Positions 8,643-20,794 of a stretch of 64,000 nt of DNA are shown in pieces; position 1 is the stretch's first letter, and each line of letters begins with the position of its first letter. The DNA lies in the sequence record OK905446.1; one strand, written 5' to 3'. The notes beneath the pieces were generated by a model. It was not told the origin of the DNA. It did no database searches and saw nothing but the letters and a program-made list of their open reading frames with translations. The position numbers and the translations under genes are program-made.

Positions 8643-9722
8643 ATGAAAAAATACATTGTTGGTGGGGCTGTACGAGACTCGATTCTGAAACATGTCGATG
8701 GGTGGTCTCAATTCCCGAACGACATTGATTATGTTGTGACGAATTGCACGCATGAACAAATGAAAATGATGTACGGTGAACCCATCGGGGCAGATTTTCC
8801 TGTGTGGTTAGACAAACAAGGCAATGAAGTTGCACTTGCGCGTGTTGAGAGAAGTACTGGTGGCAAAACAACTGACTTTACGTTCACAACCGATGGTGTG
8901 ACTTTAGAAGATGATTTATCGCGTCGAGATCTGACTATCAACTCAATGGCAATCCCAGACATGACGCCAAACAGCTTGTTTATGTGGGGTTCGACTGAGG
9001 ATGTCATCGACCCGTACGGCGGTCTAGGCGACTTGAGAAACAAGATTCTTCGACACACGACTGAAGCATTTGCTGAAGACCCTTTACGTGTTCTACGAGT
9101 TGCACGTTTATTTGCGCGTTACTACAGCATGGGATTCAAAGTAGCCGAAGAAACGTTCGAACTTTGCAAGAAAATGGTATCTGATGGTATGCTCGACAAT
9201 CTACCGAAAGAACGTGTGTGGCTAGAGACTCAAAAGGCATTATCAGAAAAAGACGCACACATGTATTTTGCATTTTTAGGTCGTGTGGGATTTTGTTCTG
9301 TTCCGAGTATCAGAGAGTTGATGGGGCTGAAACACTTCAAGACATTACCATTTGAAGTTGATAAAGACGTTTTGTTAATGGCTAAGTGGGCTGCATTCGA
9401 TCATCGAAATCGCTACACTGCAAAATTTGGCGCAACGAAACAATACGACAAGACAACTGAGATCTTGCTAACGTTGAACACGTCGCAAGCATTAGACGAG
9501 TCAATCATAACAACGCTTGAATATCTGGGTGCTTACAAGCAAGGGCTGCCATTCAAAGTCGCTCTTACACAAGTAAGTGATGAACTTGCTCGTAAAGTAA
9601 TGACAGACTTGTTAGTGAAGACACGCAATATAAAAGTAGATGTTGAACCGGGACCTGCATATGGTGCTGCATTGCATGATGCGCGTGTAGCAATTGCCTA
9701 CGATTATTTGCATAGTCTATAA
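8643..9722 (+). CDS. cca: tRNA nucleotidyltransferase (CCA-adding enzyme)
   Basis: YIVGGAVRD, DIDYVV, LEDDLSRRDLTINSMA, DPYGGLGDL, EDPLRVLRVAR motifs; start at MKKY. Confidence 0.95.
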   Translation: MKKYIVGGAVRDSILKHVDGWSQFPNDIDYVVTNCTHEQMKMMYGEPIGADFPVWLDKQGNEVALARVERSTGGKTTDFTFTTDGVTLEDDLSRRDLTINSMAIPDMTPNSLFMWGSTEDVIDPYGGLGDLRNKILRHTTEAFAEDPLRVLRVARLFARYYSMGFKVAEETFELCKKMVSDGMLDNLPKERVWLETQKALSEKDAHMYFAFLGRVGFCSVPSIRELMGLKHFKTLPFEVDKDVLLMAKWAAFDHRNRYTAKFGATKQYDKTTEILLTLNTSQALDESIITTLEYLGAYKQGLPFKVALTQVSDELARKVMTDLLVKTRNIKVDVEPGPAYGAALHDARVAIAYDYLHSL

Positions 9723-9726
9723 ACGC

Positions 9727-9752
9727 AAAAAGGGACTCCGAAGAGTCCCTTT
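9727..9752. terminator. bidirectional terminator downstream of gp23
   Basis: AAAAGGGACTC-cgaa-GAGTCCCTTTT. Confidence 0.85.
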
Positions 9753-9773
9753 TGTTTGTCTGTTTCGCTAGTC

Positions 9774-11321
9774 TTATAGACCTTTAACGAATACGCGACG
9801 GAAGTAAGCGTTTTTGCCCATTGAAGCAGCAACTGGAGCGCCGTTACCCACTTTAGCGTGAGTTGCGTTCGGATCTGCGAATGGGTTAACTTGCACACCG
9901 TAACGAGTCTTGAACCCGATTACTGGTTGGAAGTTGCGGCTGTCTGAACCACGTAGTGGAGTCAGCGGTACGTATGGTGAGTAGAACACACCTGCGTCCA
10001 TTTCAGTGCTACCTTTGAAACCAACTGTGAAGTAATCGTTCACTGCGTATTGGTCGATGTACACTTTGAAGCGACCACCTAGAACACCCGCGAACACAGT
10101 TTGATTTGTGTCAGTGTTCATTGAACCGTTTTGCATACCTTGTGCAGCAGGGCCAACAAGAGTATCAGTCATTGATAGTGCCGAAACTACGTTGCGTGAT
10201 GCAATGATGAAGTTACCGTTACCACGACCAGTTTGACGACCGATTTCGTTCGCTTCTTTTTCGATTTGGATCAATAGAGCTTTGTAAGCTTCACCTGCCC
10301 AACGAGCGCCTTTCACGTCTACAGCGTCTGAGAAGTCAAACACACCAGCAGCACCAGCGCCTTGAGTCCAACCAGACTTACCGATTTGAGCTTGAGAGTT
10401 AACTAGGTTAACGATTTCGCGGTTAAGCTCAACCATAACTTCGTTAGCAAGAATGCCGCTCAGTTCAGCGTCAGCGTCTAGACCGTGTACAGCACGTAGG
10501 TCTTGTGCAAGCTCGATTGAGTATTGAGCTTTCAATTGACGTGATTTCGCTTCAACAACCTGTTTGTCGATGCGGAATGACATTTCGTTCCACTCGTTGT
10601 TGCTTGAACCGTTGAATGATTCTTGCAATTCAGCCTGTGAAGTTGCCATACCTGCGTCGATTTCAACAACTAGACCGCTTGAGATAGCAGTAGTGTATTC
10701 GTCAACTGTCATTGCACCTGCTACAGCTACAGTCACAGCACCAAGTGCTAGGAAGTAACGTACAGAGTCAGCGTCGCCACCCACAGAAGCTACTACAGCT
10801 TTGTATGGAGTGCCGTCAGTTGCTGCACCAGTGTCTGGTAGGTCTGCGATAGTGCTTGCAGCCGCTTGACCAGAGAATGAAGTGTCAGCTTGACGAGTTG
10901 GGTGGAATGCTTCAACGCCAGTTAGCGGATCTTTACCGTAGATTGAGCGAAGTGTAAACACTTGGCTAGTAGGGCCAGTCATTGGCTGAACACCAGCAAT
11001 ATCGAATGCGATAAGCTGTGGAATAGCACGACGAACCATACCCATTACGGTAGGACCGATGTTAGTTACTGCACCTGAAGTAACGCCTTGAGCGATATTC
11101 GCAGGATCGTAACCGTGGTCACCGTTAACTACAGCTTCGTTAAGACCAGAGTTGAATGCTTCAACTAGCTGTGGGTCACGATACATTGGGTCGTTGTTGA
11201 TGTCGCGATCTTGGTTTTCAAAGATTTTCGACATGATTTTTTGCTTAGTTGCAGTTGCAATCTCTGGCATGTCTGCGCCTTCTGCTTCAAGCAAGTCTTT
11301 CCATTTTTCAGTTAGGTTCAT
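9774..11321 (-). CDS. gp23: major capsid protein
   Basis: 515 aa; GPTVMGMVRRAIPQLIAFDIAGVQPMTGPT, EMSFRIDKQVVEAKSRQLKAQYSIELAQDLRAVHGLDADAEL. Confidence 0.98.
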   Translation of the reverse strand: MNLTEKWKDLLEAEGADMPEIATATKQKIMSKIFENQDRDINNDPMYRDPQLVEAFNSGLNEAVVNGDHGYDPANIAQGVTSGAVTNIGPTVMGMVRRAIPQLIAFDIAGVQPMTGPTSQVFTLRSIYGKDPLTGVEAFHPTRQADTSFSGQAAASTIADLPDTGAATDGTPYKAVVASVGGDADSVRYFLALGAVTVAVAGAMTVDEYTTAISSGLVVEIDAGMATSQAELQESFNGSSNNEWNEMSFRIDKQVVEAKSRQLKAQYSIELAQDLRAVHGLDADAELSGILANEVMVELNREIVNLVNSQAQIGKSGWTQGAGAAGVFDFSDAVDVKGARWAGEAYKALLIQIEKEANEIGRQTGRGNGNFIIASRNVVSALSMTDTLVGPAAQGMQNGSMNTDTNQTVFAGVLGGRFKVYIDQYAVNDYFTVGFKGSTEMDAGVFYSPYVPLTPLRGSDSRNFQPVIGFKTRYGVQVNPFADPNATHAKVGNGAPVAASMGKNAYFRRVFVKGL

Positions 11322-11359
11322 TTGAATGATTCCTTAATTAATTCTAAAATTTACAAAAG

Positions 11360-11367
11360 TATTTATA
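11360..11367 (-). promoter_or_regulatory. late promoter for gp23
   Basis: TATAAATA. Confidence 0.85.
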
Positions 11368-11391
11368 TAACGCGAAATTGCGTTTTATTGC

Positions 11392-12243
11392 TTATCGAGT
11401 AGAACGAGCAGCGTTTAGATATGCAGCCATTGAAGGTACTGCGGATTCTTTCATTTCTTTGTCGTCTTTCTTCTCAGCGTCTTCTTCACCGTCTTTTTTA
11501 TCAGCCGGCTTCTTGTCGTCTGGCATATCTTCTTTTTCAGCAAGTTTGATACCAGAAGCGAACTTGATAACACTATTTAGATTGTCTTCAAAGTTCTCAT
11601 CGAATCGAATTGATTCTGCTAGGTCAGACACTTTCTCTTTTTGAGATTCAGCCATGCCCGCAGTAACACGTTCGATGATGATGTTTTTTTCTACGTAGTT
11701 AGCGTATTCTTTGTGTTGGCGATTTTCGACAACAACTGCGTCTAGGCGACCTTCAAGATCTTGAATGTTTTCTTCAAGAGCTTCGATCATGTCGATCTTG
11801 TCGTCTGGGCAGTGAACGTTGTTCTCGATGAATACATTTTTCATGCCTTCCATCAAGCCGTCGAACATAGAAACTTTAAGACCGTTTTCAACCGCTAGTT
11901 TGTTTTCAGCCATCCAAGCTTCAACAACGTGGTCAAGATACGAATCAAGTTTGTTCGCCATTTGTTCTGCTAGATGTTCGCCGTATTTTTCAGCAGCTTC
12001 ATTTAGCTCTTCTTTGTGTTCGTTGATTACTGCTTCAGCCTTTTCAGCAGCTTCAGCAATGTGTGCTTCCGCAAGCTCAACGGCTTTAGTTTTAATTACA
12101 CTTTCGAAAACAGTGCTGAACTTATTACGAACATCTTCGGAAAGTTCAACCGATTCAAAAATGCCATCCAAAGCAGTAGTGATTTTAGTATCGTCTTTCG
12201 ATACCGCTTCAAGTAGTTGCTCTTTGATTTGCATCTTCTTCAA
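11392..12243 (-). CDS. gp22: prohead core scaffold protein
   Basis: LDSYLDHVVEAWMAENKLAVENGLK...MFDGLMEGMKNVF; synteny. Confidence 0.93.
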   Translation of the reverse strand: MKKMQIKEQLLEAVSKDDTKITTALDGIFESVELSEDVRNKFSTVFESVIKTKAVELAEAHIAEAAEKAEAVINEHKEELNEAAEKYGEHLAEQMANKLDSYLDHVVEAWMAENKLAVENGLKVSMFDGLMEGMKNVFIENNVHCPDDKIDMIEALEENIQDLEGRLDAVVVENRQHKEYANYVEKNIIIERVTAGMAESQKEKVSDLAESIRFDENFEDNLNSVIKFASGIKLAEKEDMPDDKKPADKKDGEEDAEKKDDKEMKESAVPSMAAYLNAARSTR

Positions 12244-12263
12244 TTCCTTAAATATGTTTTATA

Positions 12264-12271
12264 TATTTATA
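12264..12271 (-). promoter_or_regulatory. late promoter for gp22
   Basis: TATAAATA. Confidence 0.8.
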
Positions 12272-12908
12272 AGAGAGTTTTTAACGTTTCCGCTAGTTTC
12301 GCAAACTCAGCGTCATTACTTTCGGTAATTTCTTCTGTTTTTACTGGTTTAGCAGCTTCATTTGACTCAGTTACTGGTTTAACGTATGCAGCAGGCGCAC
12401 TTGGACCCCACACTACATCTACACCAACTGTAAGACGAAAGTCTTGTACTTCGTTGATTCCGTCAACTTGTTTAACTGAACCAAGACCTCGTGAACTCAC
12501 ACCCGGTACCCAACCGCCTTCGATTAGACCGCGAACGATTTGTCCCTTCGGAGTATTTAGTACGATTGCTTTACCCATTACGTTATCGCCATCCCACCAC
12601 AACTCAGTAATTCGAATTGCAGCTTCAGCAGGATCGACGTTTGAACGGCTAGGGTGATTAAGCTCGCCTAACGCTTGATTCGTCTTGACTTGCTCTTGAA
12701 TGTATTTAGATACGGCATTTTCCATGACTTTTTTCGGATATCTGCGACCATTACGGTTCACGACATTCGATTGCATGAAAATCCCTTCAATATACAAGTC
12801 ACCGCCCTTTTCGGCAGGCATTTTAGCTTCAACAAGAGGTTTTTCGCCTGTTTCGGAAGTAGCAAAACTCGATACGCCCCAGTCTTCAATTAATAGTTGT
12901 AATTCCAT
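12267..12908 (-). CDS. gp21: prohead protease
   Basis: YIEGIFMQSNVVNRNGRRYPK, LGELNHP, GVSSRGLGS. Confidence 0.95.
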   Translation of the reverse strand: MELQLLIEDWGVSSFATSETGEKPLVEAKMPAEKGGDLYIEGIFMQSNVVNRNGRRYPKKVMENAVSKYIQEQVKTNQALGELNHPSRSNVDPAEAAIRITELWWDGDNVMGKAIVLNTPKGQIVRGLIEGGWVPGVSSRGLGSVKQVDGINEVQDFRLTVGVDVVWGPSAPAAYVKPVTESNEAAKPVKTEEITESNDAEFAKLAETLKTLL

Positions 12909-12910
12909 AA

Positions 12911-13396
12911 TTAAAGTCCTAGTTGTTTGCGTTTTTTAAGCGATTTTTTACGCTTCTTATTCGCAATGCGTTTACCCGAAACGTCGCGCTTGCGAGTTCT
13001 AGCTGCTTTACGAGCAGTTTTAACACGCTTCGACTTACTTAGACCTGTTGTTTGTGTTGCTTTTCGTTTGCGCGTCTCACGGTCTTTTTGACGTTTAATC
13101 AGTGGACCGCCCATTTTTTGACGACCCACAGATACGCTTTTAACCATGCGTTCGTTCAGATTGAACTTTTCGCAAACTTCTTCAAATGATAATCCGTCTT
13201 CAAGAGAACTAATCGCATCAAGTACAACATTCACCGAGTTTGTAATCTCAGCGTTGCTATGAACCCCAATGTCTTCAGCTTCGGCAAATGCCTTGATCGT
13301 GTCGCTAATATCTTGACGGTCTAAGTGACCGTCAAGTACTGCTTCAACCAAGTCTTCTACCATCTTATCTTGAACGGCTTCGGAAATGAACTTCAT
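12911..13396 (-). CDS. gp68: prohead core protein
   Basis: Basic C-terminus KRQKDRETRKRKATQTTGLSKSKR; synteny. Confidence 0.85.
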   Translation of the reverse strand: MKFISEAVQDKMVEDLVEAVLDGHLDRQDISDTIKAFAEAEDIGVHSNAEITNSVNVVLDAISSLEDGLSFEEVCEKFNLNERMVKSVSVGRQKMGGPLIKRQKDRETRKRKATQTTGLSKSKRVKTARKAARTRKRDVSGKRIANKKRKKSLKKRKQLGL

Positions 13397-13563
13397 TAGT
13401 CCTCCTGATTGATTTCACCGTCTACTTTGATTGAACGACCAAGTTCTTGCTTCATGTCGTCAATGCGAGCCGCTACACGTTGCCCGATTTCTTGGCGGAA
13501 TTGCGCTTCAAAATCTGCTAGTTTACCGTCGCGTGCCGCTGCTACCATTGTTTCTAAGCCCAT
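13396..13563 (-). CDS. gp67: prohead core protein, 55 aa
   Basis: Not in ORF track; MGLETMVAAARDGKLADFEAQFRQEIGQRVAARIDDMKQELGRSI; position between gp20 and gp68. Confidence 0.8.
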   Translation of the reverse strand: MGLETMVAAARDGKLADFEAQFRQEIGQRVAARIDDMKQELGRSIKVDGEINQED

Positions 13564-13576
13564 AATGTGCTACCTC

Positions 13577-15124
13577 TTAAAATCCGTGATCGTCTTGTTG
13601 GAATCGTGGGTTTGTCTCTTCTTCATCAATTTCATTCTGCATTGCAGTGATTTGATCGTCAGACAAACGTAAAATGTTCTTCTGAATGTATTTATGACTG
13701 TAATATTTACCGGCATATTCTTGCAGGTCTCGCATTGCATTCATACGACTATTTAGTATCTCTAATTCTTTCGATTCCTCGAAATACGAATCTTGGTTGA
13801 ATACTACATAGATTTTTTCGTAGTTAGCATCCCACTCTTCCTCAGTAATGATGTTATTAACAATCAACTGATGTTTAAGAGGGTCAGTAATTACAGTTTC
13901 AAATTTAGTTTGCAAACGTTTTACGAATTTAGTAAACTTCAATTCATCACGAGTAATTTCAGCGCCCTGACCGAAGTTAATACCACCCGTCTGATCTTCA
14001 GACGCCGCACGCGAGGTTGGAATACGCATTGCTTTATACAGCTTGCGGTTGAAGTACAGAACGTCTTCAATATCGCCTAGTGATTGACCGCCAGGCAGCG
14101 TGCTTACTTCAGTACCTTTCGAGCCTTCACGACGCGGTAGGTAGTAGTCTTCAAGCATCGACATTGCGTTAGTCGTGTTCTTAACTTGACCAGTAGTTGT
14201 ATCGTAAACTACACGGTTTTTAACGTTTTGCATGATGCCATTTACGTATTGCTGCGCTTTTTGAGTAGGTAAGTTACCAACGTCAACATAGAATACACGA
14301 CGTTCTGGCGCACGAGCTAGACGATAGATTACCAGCGCATCTTCTAGCATCTTCAACTGGTTTGCAGGCTTGATCGCACGATCAAGATAGCCGATAATAT
14401 ACGGATCGTCTGCACAACCACGCATTAGCCCACTGTGAGCAAATACGATTGCATCTTTAGGAATTCTGAATGATGTTTGAGCACGGTTTGTTGCGCTCAT
14501 CCATGACGGCATTTTGTAATCAGACTGCTTATACACGTAGTATTCAAGCGTGCCTTTTACGATTTCAACACCTTCAATTGTTTCTTTCTGAATCTCGCGA
14601 ACCAACTCCATTTTCATCGGGTTGAGTGGGCGCAATTCAATAATGTTGTTATCTTTATCTAAGATCTTGTGGAAATAGATTCGTGAGTCAACATACCACT
14701 TTCTGAACCACTTGTAACCATGCTTACGCATTTGAAGCAAGCCGACAACTCGGTCGAATTCTTCATTGATCTTTGTCTTGATATTTTCTGAGAAGTCTGT
14801 ATTATCTAAGTTCAGCCATACAACTTCTTTATCGTTTTCATAAACGATTGCTTCATCGACGATTTCTTGAATAGCATCATCGACTTCGTGATATTCTGCT
14901 AGTGCGCGGTATCCCTTGATCAGTTCTTTAACTGAAACAGTACCTTCACCTTGAATGTCTGAGGGAATCGCAGCATGACCAAGTTGAGGTGCTAATAAGT
15001 TAGTATGAATCTCTTTAGCACCATCTACGTTATCTGGCGCAGAGAACGAACGAACTGGATTTTTCTCAATCTGTTGGATGTCCTGCTCTTCTTCTTTTGT
15101 CCAGAACTTCATAAATTCTAACAT
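13577..15124 (-). CDS. gp20: portal vertex protein
   Basis: YRLARAPERRVFYVDVGNLP, EDYYLPRREGSKGTEVSTLPGG. Confidence 0.97.
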   Translation of the reverse strand: MLEFMKFWTKEEEQDIQQIEKNPVRSFSAPDNVDGAKEIHTNLLAPQLGHAAIPSDIQGEGTVSVKELIKGYRALAEYHEVDDAIQEIVDEAIVYENDKEVVWLNLDNTDFSENIKTKINEEFDRVVGLLQMRKHGYKWFRKWYVDSRIYFHKILDKDNNIIELRPLNPMKMELVREIQKETIEGVEIVKGTLEYYVYKQSDYKMPSWMSATNRAQTSFRIPKDAIVFAHSGLMRGCADDPYIIGYLDRAIKPANQLKMLEDALVIYRLARAPERRVFYVDVGNLPTQKAQQYVNGIMQNVKNRVVYDTTTGQVKNTTNAMSMLEDYYLPRREGSKGTEVSTLPGGQSLGDIEDVLYFNRKLYKAMRIPTSRAASEDQTGGINFGQGAEITRDELKFTKFVKRLQTKFETVITDPLKHQLIVNNIITEEEWDANYEKIYVVFNQDSYFEESKELEILNSRMNAMRDLQEYAGKYYSHKYIQKNILRLSDDQITAMQNEIDEEETNPRFQQDDHGF

Positions 15125-15162
15125 ATTTTACCTCAATAAAGGGGCTTGCGCCCCTAAAGTTC

Positions 15163-15663
15163 TTAATCTAATGTGAAGTAGTCTAGGCTGAATGTAACTT
15201 CAAACGTTTCGATTTCGTTGTTTGAGTCCCAGTCAAGCGCAATTTCGCCTACCACAGTCGGGAAAATCCCGTAAACAGTCGCCGTAGTCGTCGGATCGCC
15301 GTTACGGTCTAACTGAGTGATTGTACCAGTACGTTTGTACTGATCTGGCGTCTCACCAGAAATGTCTTTGCCTAAGCCTACAGCACGAGCTTGCCATGCC
15401 ATAATTGCTTTTCGAATGTCATGAGTTTCATCGTTGTACACAGTCACGTTCCAGTCGTCGAACGTGCGGTCTCCCGCAATGTTGTACTTACGGTTTTGGT
15501 ATGAAACTTCTAGCTTCTCAACACTGCCCGGTGGCATTGAAGAGGCGCGACATTGAAACTTAAAGTTCTGTCCCAGATACGGAATCTCAACTTCGAACAA
15601 GTTCGGACGAGCGAAATCACCGTTACTGAAAGCTCTTTTAATGTTGTCTACATTAAGTGCCAT
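15163..15663 (-). CDS. gp19: tail tube protein
   Basis: DFARPNLFEVEIP, AGDRTFDDWNVTVYND, EIALDWDSNNEIETFEVTF. Confidence 0.95.
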   Translation of the reverse strand: MALNVDNIKRAFSNGDFARPNLFEVEIPYLGQNFKFQCRASSMPPGSVEKLEVSYQNRKYNIAGDRTFDDWNVTVYNDETHDIRKAIMAWQARAVGLGKDISGETPDQYKRTGTITQLDRNGDPTTTATVYGIFPTVVGEIALDWDSNNEIETFEVTFSLDYFTLD

Positions 15664-15678
15664 TTTCTTCTTACCTTT

Positions 15679-15703
15679 TATTTATAGGGGCTGAAAAGCC
15701 CCT
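15679..15703 (-). promoter_or_regulatory. late promoter for gp19 plus hairpin after gp18
   Basis: TATAAATA at 15679-15686; AGGGGC-tgaaaa-GCCCCT hairpin. Confidence 0.75.
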
Positions 15704-15714
15704 TGTGATTGCTC

Positions 15715-17730
15715 TTAGCCGATGATTTCTGCGAAGTCAGCGTCAGTTGACGTTGCTACGAAGTTCAGCGTAATGAAGTTGATTGACTTAGCAGGTTTCA
15801 CGTAGATACTTGCTACAAACTCGTTTCTGTCGATGACAGAACCTGGGTTGTTAGTCTCATCACACACAACGCGGAAGTCGTACACGCCGCCTAGATCTTG
15901 AATGTTAGTCAAGTATGCGTCGATTTCTGATTTGAAGCTTGAGCGTGTGAACTCATCGTTCAATTCAAATAGACGGTACTTAGCAGAATCAGAGATCGCT
16001 TTCTTCAGCAAGTTAAACAGACGACGCACGTTAATGCGGTCAAATGCACTTGCTTGTTGTGTAGCAGTCTTATCACCGTACAGTACGAAGCCTTGTCCTG
16101 CAAAGCCCACTACTGGGTTAATACCGATTTGGTATAGCGCGTCACGATGAGCACGACGTAGATCAACTGCAAGACGATTCACACCCTTGATCTGACCACG
16201 GTTGAAGCCCGCAGGCGACATCCAAGGTTGAGATACTTGGTCAGTGTACGCACATAGACCAGCAATATCACCCGCTAGTGGTACCCAGCGATTACGGTCG
16301 TTGTACTTGTCGTACTGATACTTATAGTTGCCGTCGATTACCGCGTAAGTTGTGCTTACGTTCAAGTTGTCTACGACTGGCTGACCGTTAGTTGGGTCAA
16401 TACCTGTACGCCATCCCTGAATGTTAGCAACTGCAACGTGTGCTTGCTTGTTAACGATCATTGACTGAGGTGGAGATACGAATACCACACAGTCTTGACG
16501 AACGTTACCAACTGAGTCGATTGCGTATTTCTGAACAGTTGAAGCGATTGAAACTTCTTCAGCAGCAGCGTTACCCGCAATGATCAAGTTCGCGTAAAGA
16601 ACTTCTGGGTCAGATAGCATGTCTAGACCGAATAGCCAGTCGTCAGCACCTGCGTTAGCGTCGTAACCACCACCGAAGTTGTATGCACCTGATTCAGCTT
16701 TCCAACCCTCTGCGATTGCAGTGATGTAAGCAGAACCGCTATTTTCAAAGAACTCGTCGATGAAGATAGATTGACCGTTAACGTCTTTGTCACCTGCGCT
16801 AGTTGAAACGATGAACGCTTCTTCAACTTCACCCGATACGCGAACAACTACAGCGTATTGATTGCTGTTTGCTGGACCGAATGTGAAGTAACTATTCAGG
16901 TTGATTGAACGTGTGCCACCATCTGGGTAGATTGGCAGTTCAACGTCACCTAGTGTATGACCCGCTGCAAACGCGAATGCAGTTTGGTAGTCAGCGTAGT
17001 TGATGATCTCTACTGAGATTGCATCACCGAAGTCACCTACGTAACGAGCAGACAGACGAGGGAAAGCTTGCTTCTCGATAAGATCAGCATATTTCAAGTC
17101 ACCGCCTTCAGTTTCGATTGCTGTCAGCGCATCAAAAGCAAGCTCGATATTAGGGAAGTAAACTGAACCCTTGTCGATGATTTCAATGTTCGTTAGAGCA
17201 ATGTCACCTTGTGTTGGTTGAAGCGTCACTGTACCTACACCTGGGTAGTTACCGTCAGCTTTTGCAGCAGCAACGATCTCAGCCGATGGCAAGAAAATCT
17301 TCGATGCAGCGTTGTTGTTTCCTGCGTCAACTTCAAGAACCACGCCTTTCTCAGTAAGTGTACCCACGCCTGAGTAAGTGATAGTGATTTCATCACCAAC
17401 AACACAACCGTTTGAAGCACCAATCGTGTATTCTACTGCGTTGTAAAGCGGAGTCGCGTTCTGTGCAGAAGATTCATCACAGATACGAACCAAACGCAGG
17501 TCATTACCGTACTTCAAGAAGTTGTTTGCAGTCATGAATGAAGCTGCGGTATAGTCGTTTGGACGACCGAAAATAGTAACCAAGTCAGACTCTGAAGTTA
17601 CCTGAGTGATGCTGTAAGCTGGACCCCACTCAAATTTCCCCACCATTGCTGCACGACCCGTTGCCGCACGACCAATAGCACTTGCAAGGTTAATCTCTTT
17701 ATTTTCGATGCCCGGAGATAAAAGAGTCAT
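15715..17730 (-). CDS. gp18: tail sheath protein
   Basis: LLSPGIENKEI, VGKFEWGP, WMSPAGFNRGQI, FDRINVRRLF. Confidence 0.97.
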   Translation of the reverse strand: MTLLSPGIENKEINLASAIGRAATGRAAMVGKFEWGPAYSITQVTSESDLVTIFGRPNDYTAASFMTANNFLKYGNDLRLVRICDESSAQNATPLYNAVEYTIGASNGCVVGDEITITYSGVGTLTEKGVVLEVDAGNNNAASKIFLPSAEIVAAAKADGNYPGVGTVTLQPTQGDIALTNIEIIDKGSVYFPNIELAFDALTAIETEGGDLKYADLIEKQAFPRLSARYVGDFGDAISVEIINYADYQTAFAFAAGHTLGDVELPIYPDGGTRSINLNSYFTFGPANSNQYAVVVRVSGEVEEAFIVSTSAGDKDVNGQSIFIDEFFENSGSAYITAIAEGWKAESGAYNFGGGYDANAGADDWLFGLDMLSDPEVLYANLIIAGNAAAEEVSIASTVQKYAIDSVGNVRQDCVVFVSPPQSMIVNKQAHVAVANIQGWRTGIDPTNGQPVVDNLNVSTTYAVIDGNYKYQYDKYNDRNRWVPLAGDIAGLCAYTDQVSQPWMSPAGFNRGQIKGVNRLAVDLRRAHRDALYQIGINPVVGFAGQGFVLYGDKTATQQASAFDRINVRRLFNLLKKAISDSAKYRLFELNDEFTRSSFKSEIDAYLTNIQDLGGVYDFRVVCDETNNPGSVIDRNEFVASIYVKPAKSINFITLNFVATSTDADFAEIIG

Positions 17731-17767
17731 TTATTTTTCCTTACCATTAAGTTGTTTGTTCATTCAA

Positions 17768-17775
17768 TATTTATA
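17768..17775 (-). promoter_or_regulatory. late promoter for gp18
   Basis: TATAAATA. Confidence 0.8.
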
Positions 17776-17776
17776 A

Positions 17777-20081
<2,305 letters not shown>

Positions 20082-20191
20082 ACGTTCCTCTCTAAAACGC
20101 TCTGTGAGCGTCTTTACAATAATATGAGTACAAACACTCAATACAATAGACAAACGCTGCGTACGAGCTGCACACAGCGTTCAATAAGCGA

Positions 20192-20740
20192 TTAAGCGTC
20201 AGTGTCACCGCGCAATGAGATTGATGCCGTCTCATTTGCTGCCGCAGCACCTGCTTCGATTGTACGACGAATCCAAACTGCACGCTGTTCACCGGCTGCT
20301 AAGTTGCCGATGTCAAGACCATTTGCAAAGTCAGAATGCGCACCGAATACAACCGCTGCCAGATCACCACCAGAATCGACTTCATCATCGAGTAGAATCA
20401 ATGAATCATCGCCGTTTTCAGCTACTGGATCTAGACCGATTTCAATCAACGAATCTGGCGATGCCGTATTCGCGAACATGAAAATCTTCGCGTCGTATAA
20501 TGTCAACGTCGCGTGAGTGTTTTGTACGTAAATCAAACGATACTCAACACGACCAGAAGCCGCTTCCGCTGATGGTACCGCGTCAAAAAGATCGTGTAAT
20601 GCACCTGAAACCAACTCGGTAGAGCTAATGCCACCACCTAGTGAATCAATTTCAAGGTCGTGCGTGTTGCCATTACCCGGTCCCGCTGCAACGACGTGCA
20701 GACTTTTGTTAAATTTTAAATCACCTGTTACGATAGGCAT
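20192..20740 (-). CDS. hypothetical late virion-associated protein, 182 aa
   Basis: Acidic beta-rich ORF between gp15 and gp16 with its own late promoter; SLGG..S, LFDAV...E...GRVEYR, AVWIRR motifs. Confidence 0.7.
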   Translation of the reverse strand: MPIVTGDLKFNKSLHVVAAGPGNGNTHDLEIDSLGGGISSTELVSGALHDLFDAVPSAEAASGRVEYRLIYVQNTHATLTLYDAKIFMFANTASPDSLIEIGLDPVAENGDDSLILLDDEVDSGGDLAAVVFGAHSDFANGLDIGNLAAGEQRAVWIRRTIEAGAAAANETASISLRGDTDA

Positions 20741-20764
20741 TGTTATCTCTCCAAAAAGATAAGG

Positions 20765-20789
20765 ATGGTCTTCATATTTAGAAGACCAT
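20765..20789 (-). promoter_or_regulatory. 9-bp hairpin with late promoter core in the loop
   Basis: ATGGTCTTC-ATATTTA-GAAGACCAT; minus strand reads CTAAATA across the loop. Confidence 0.55.
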
Positions 20790-20794
20790 TCATA

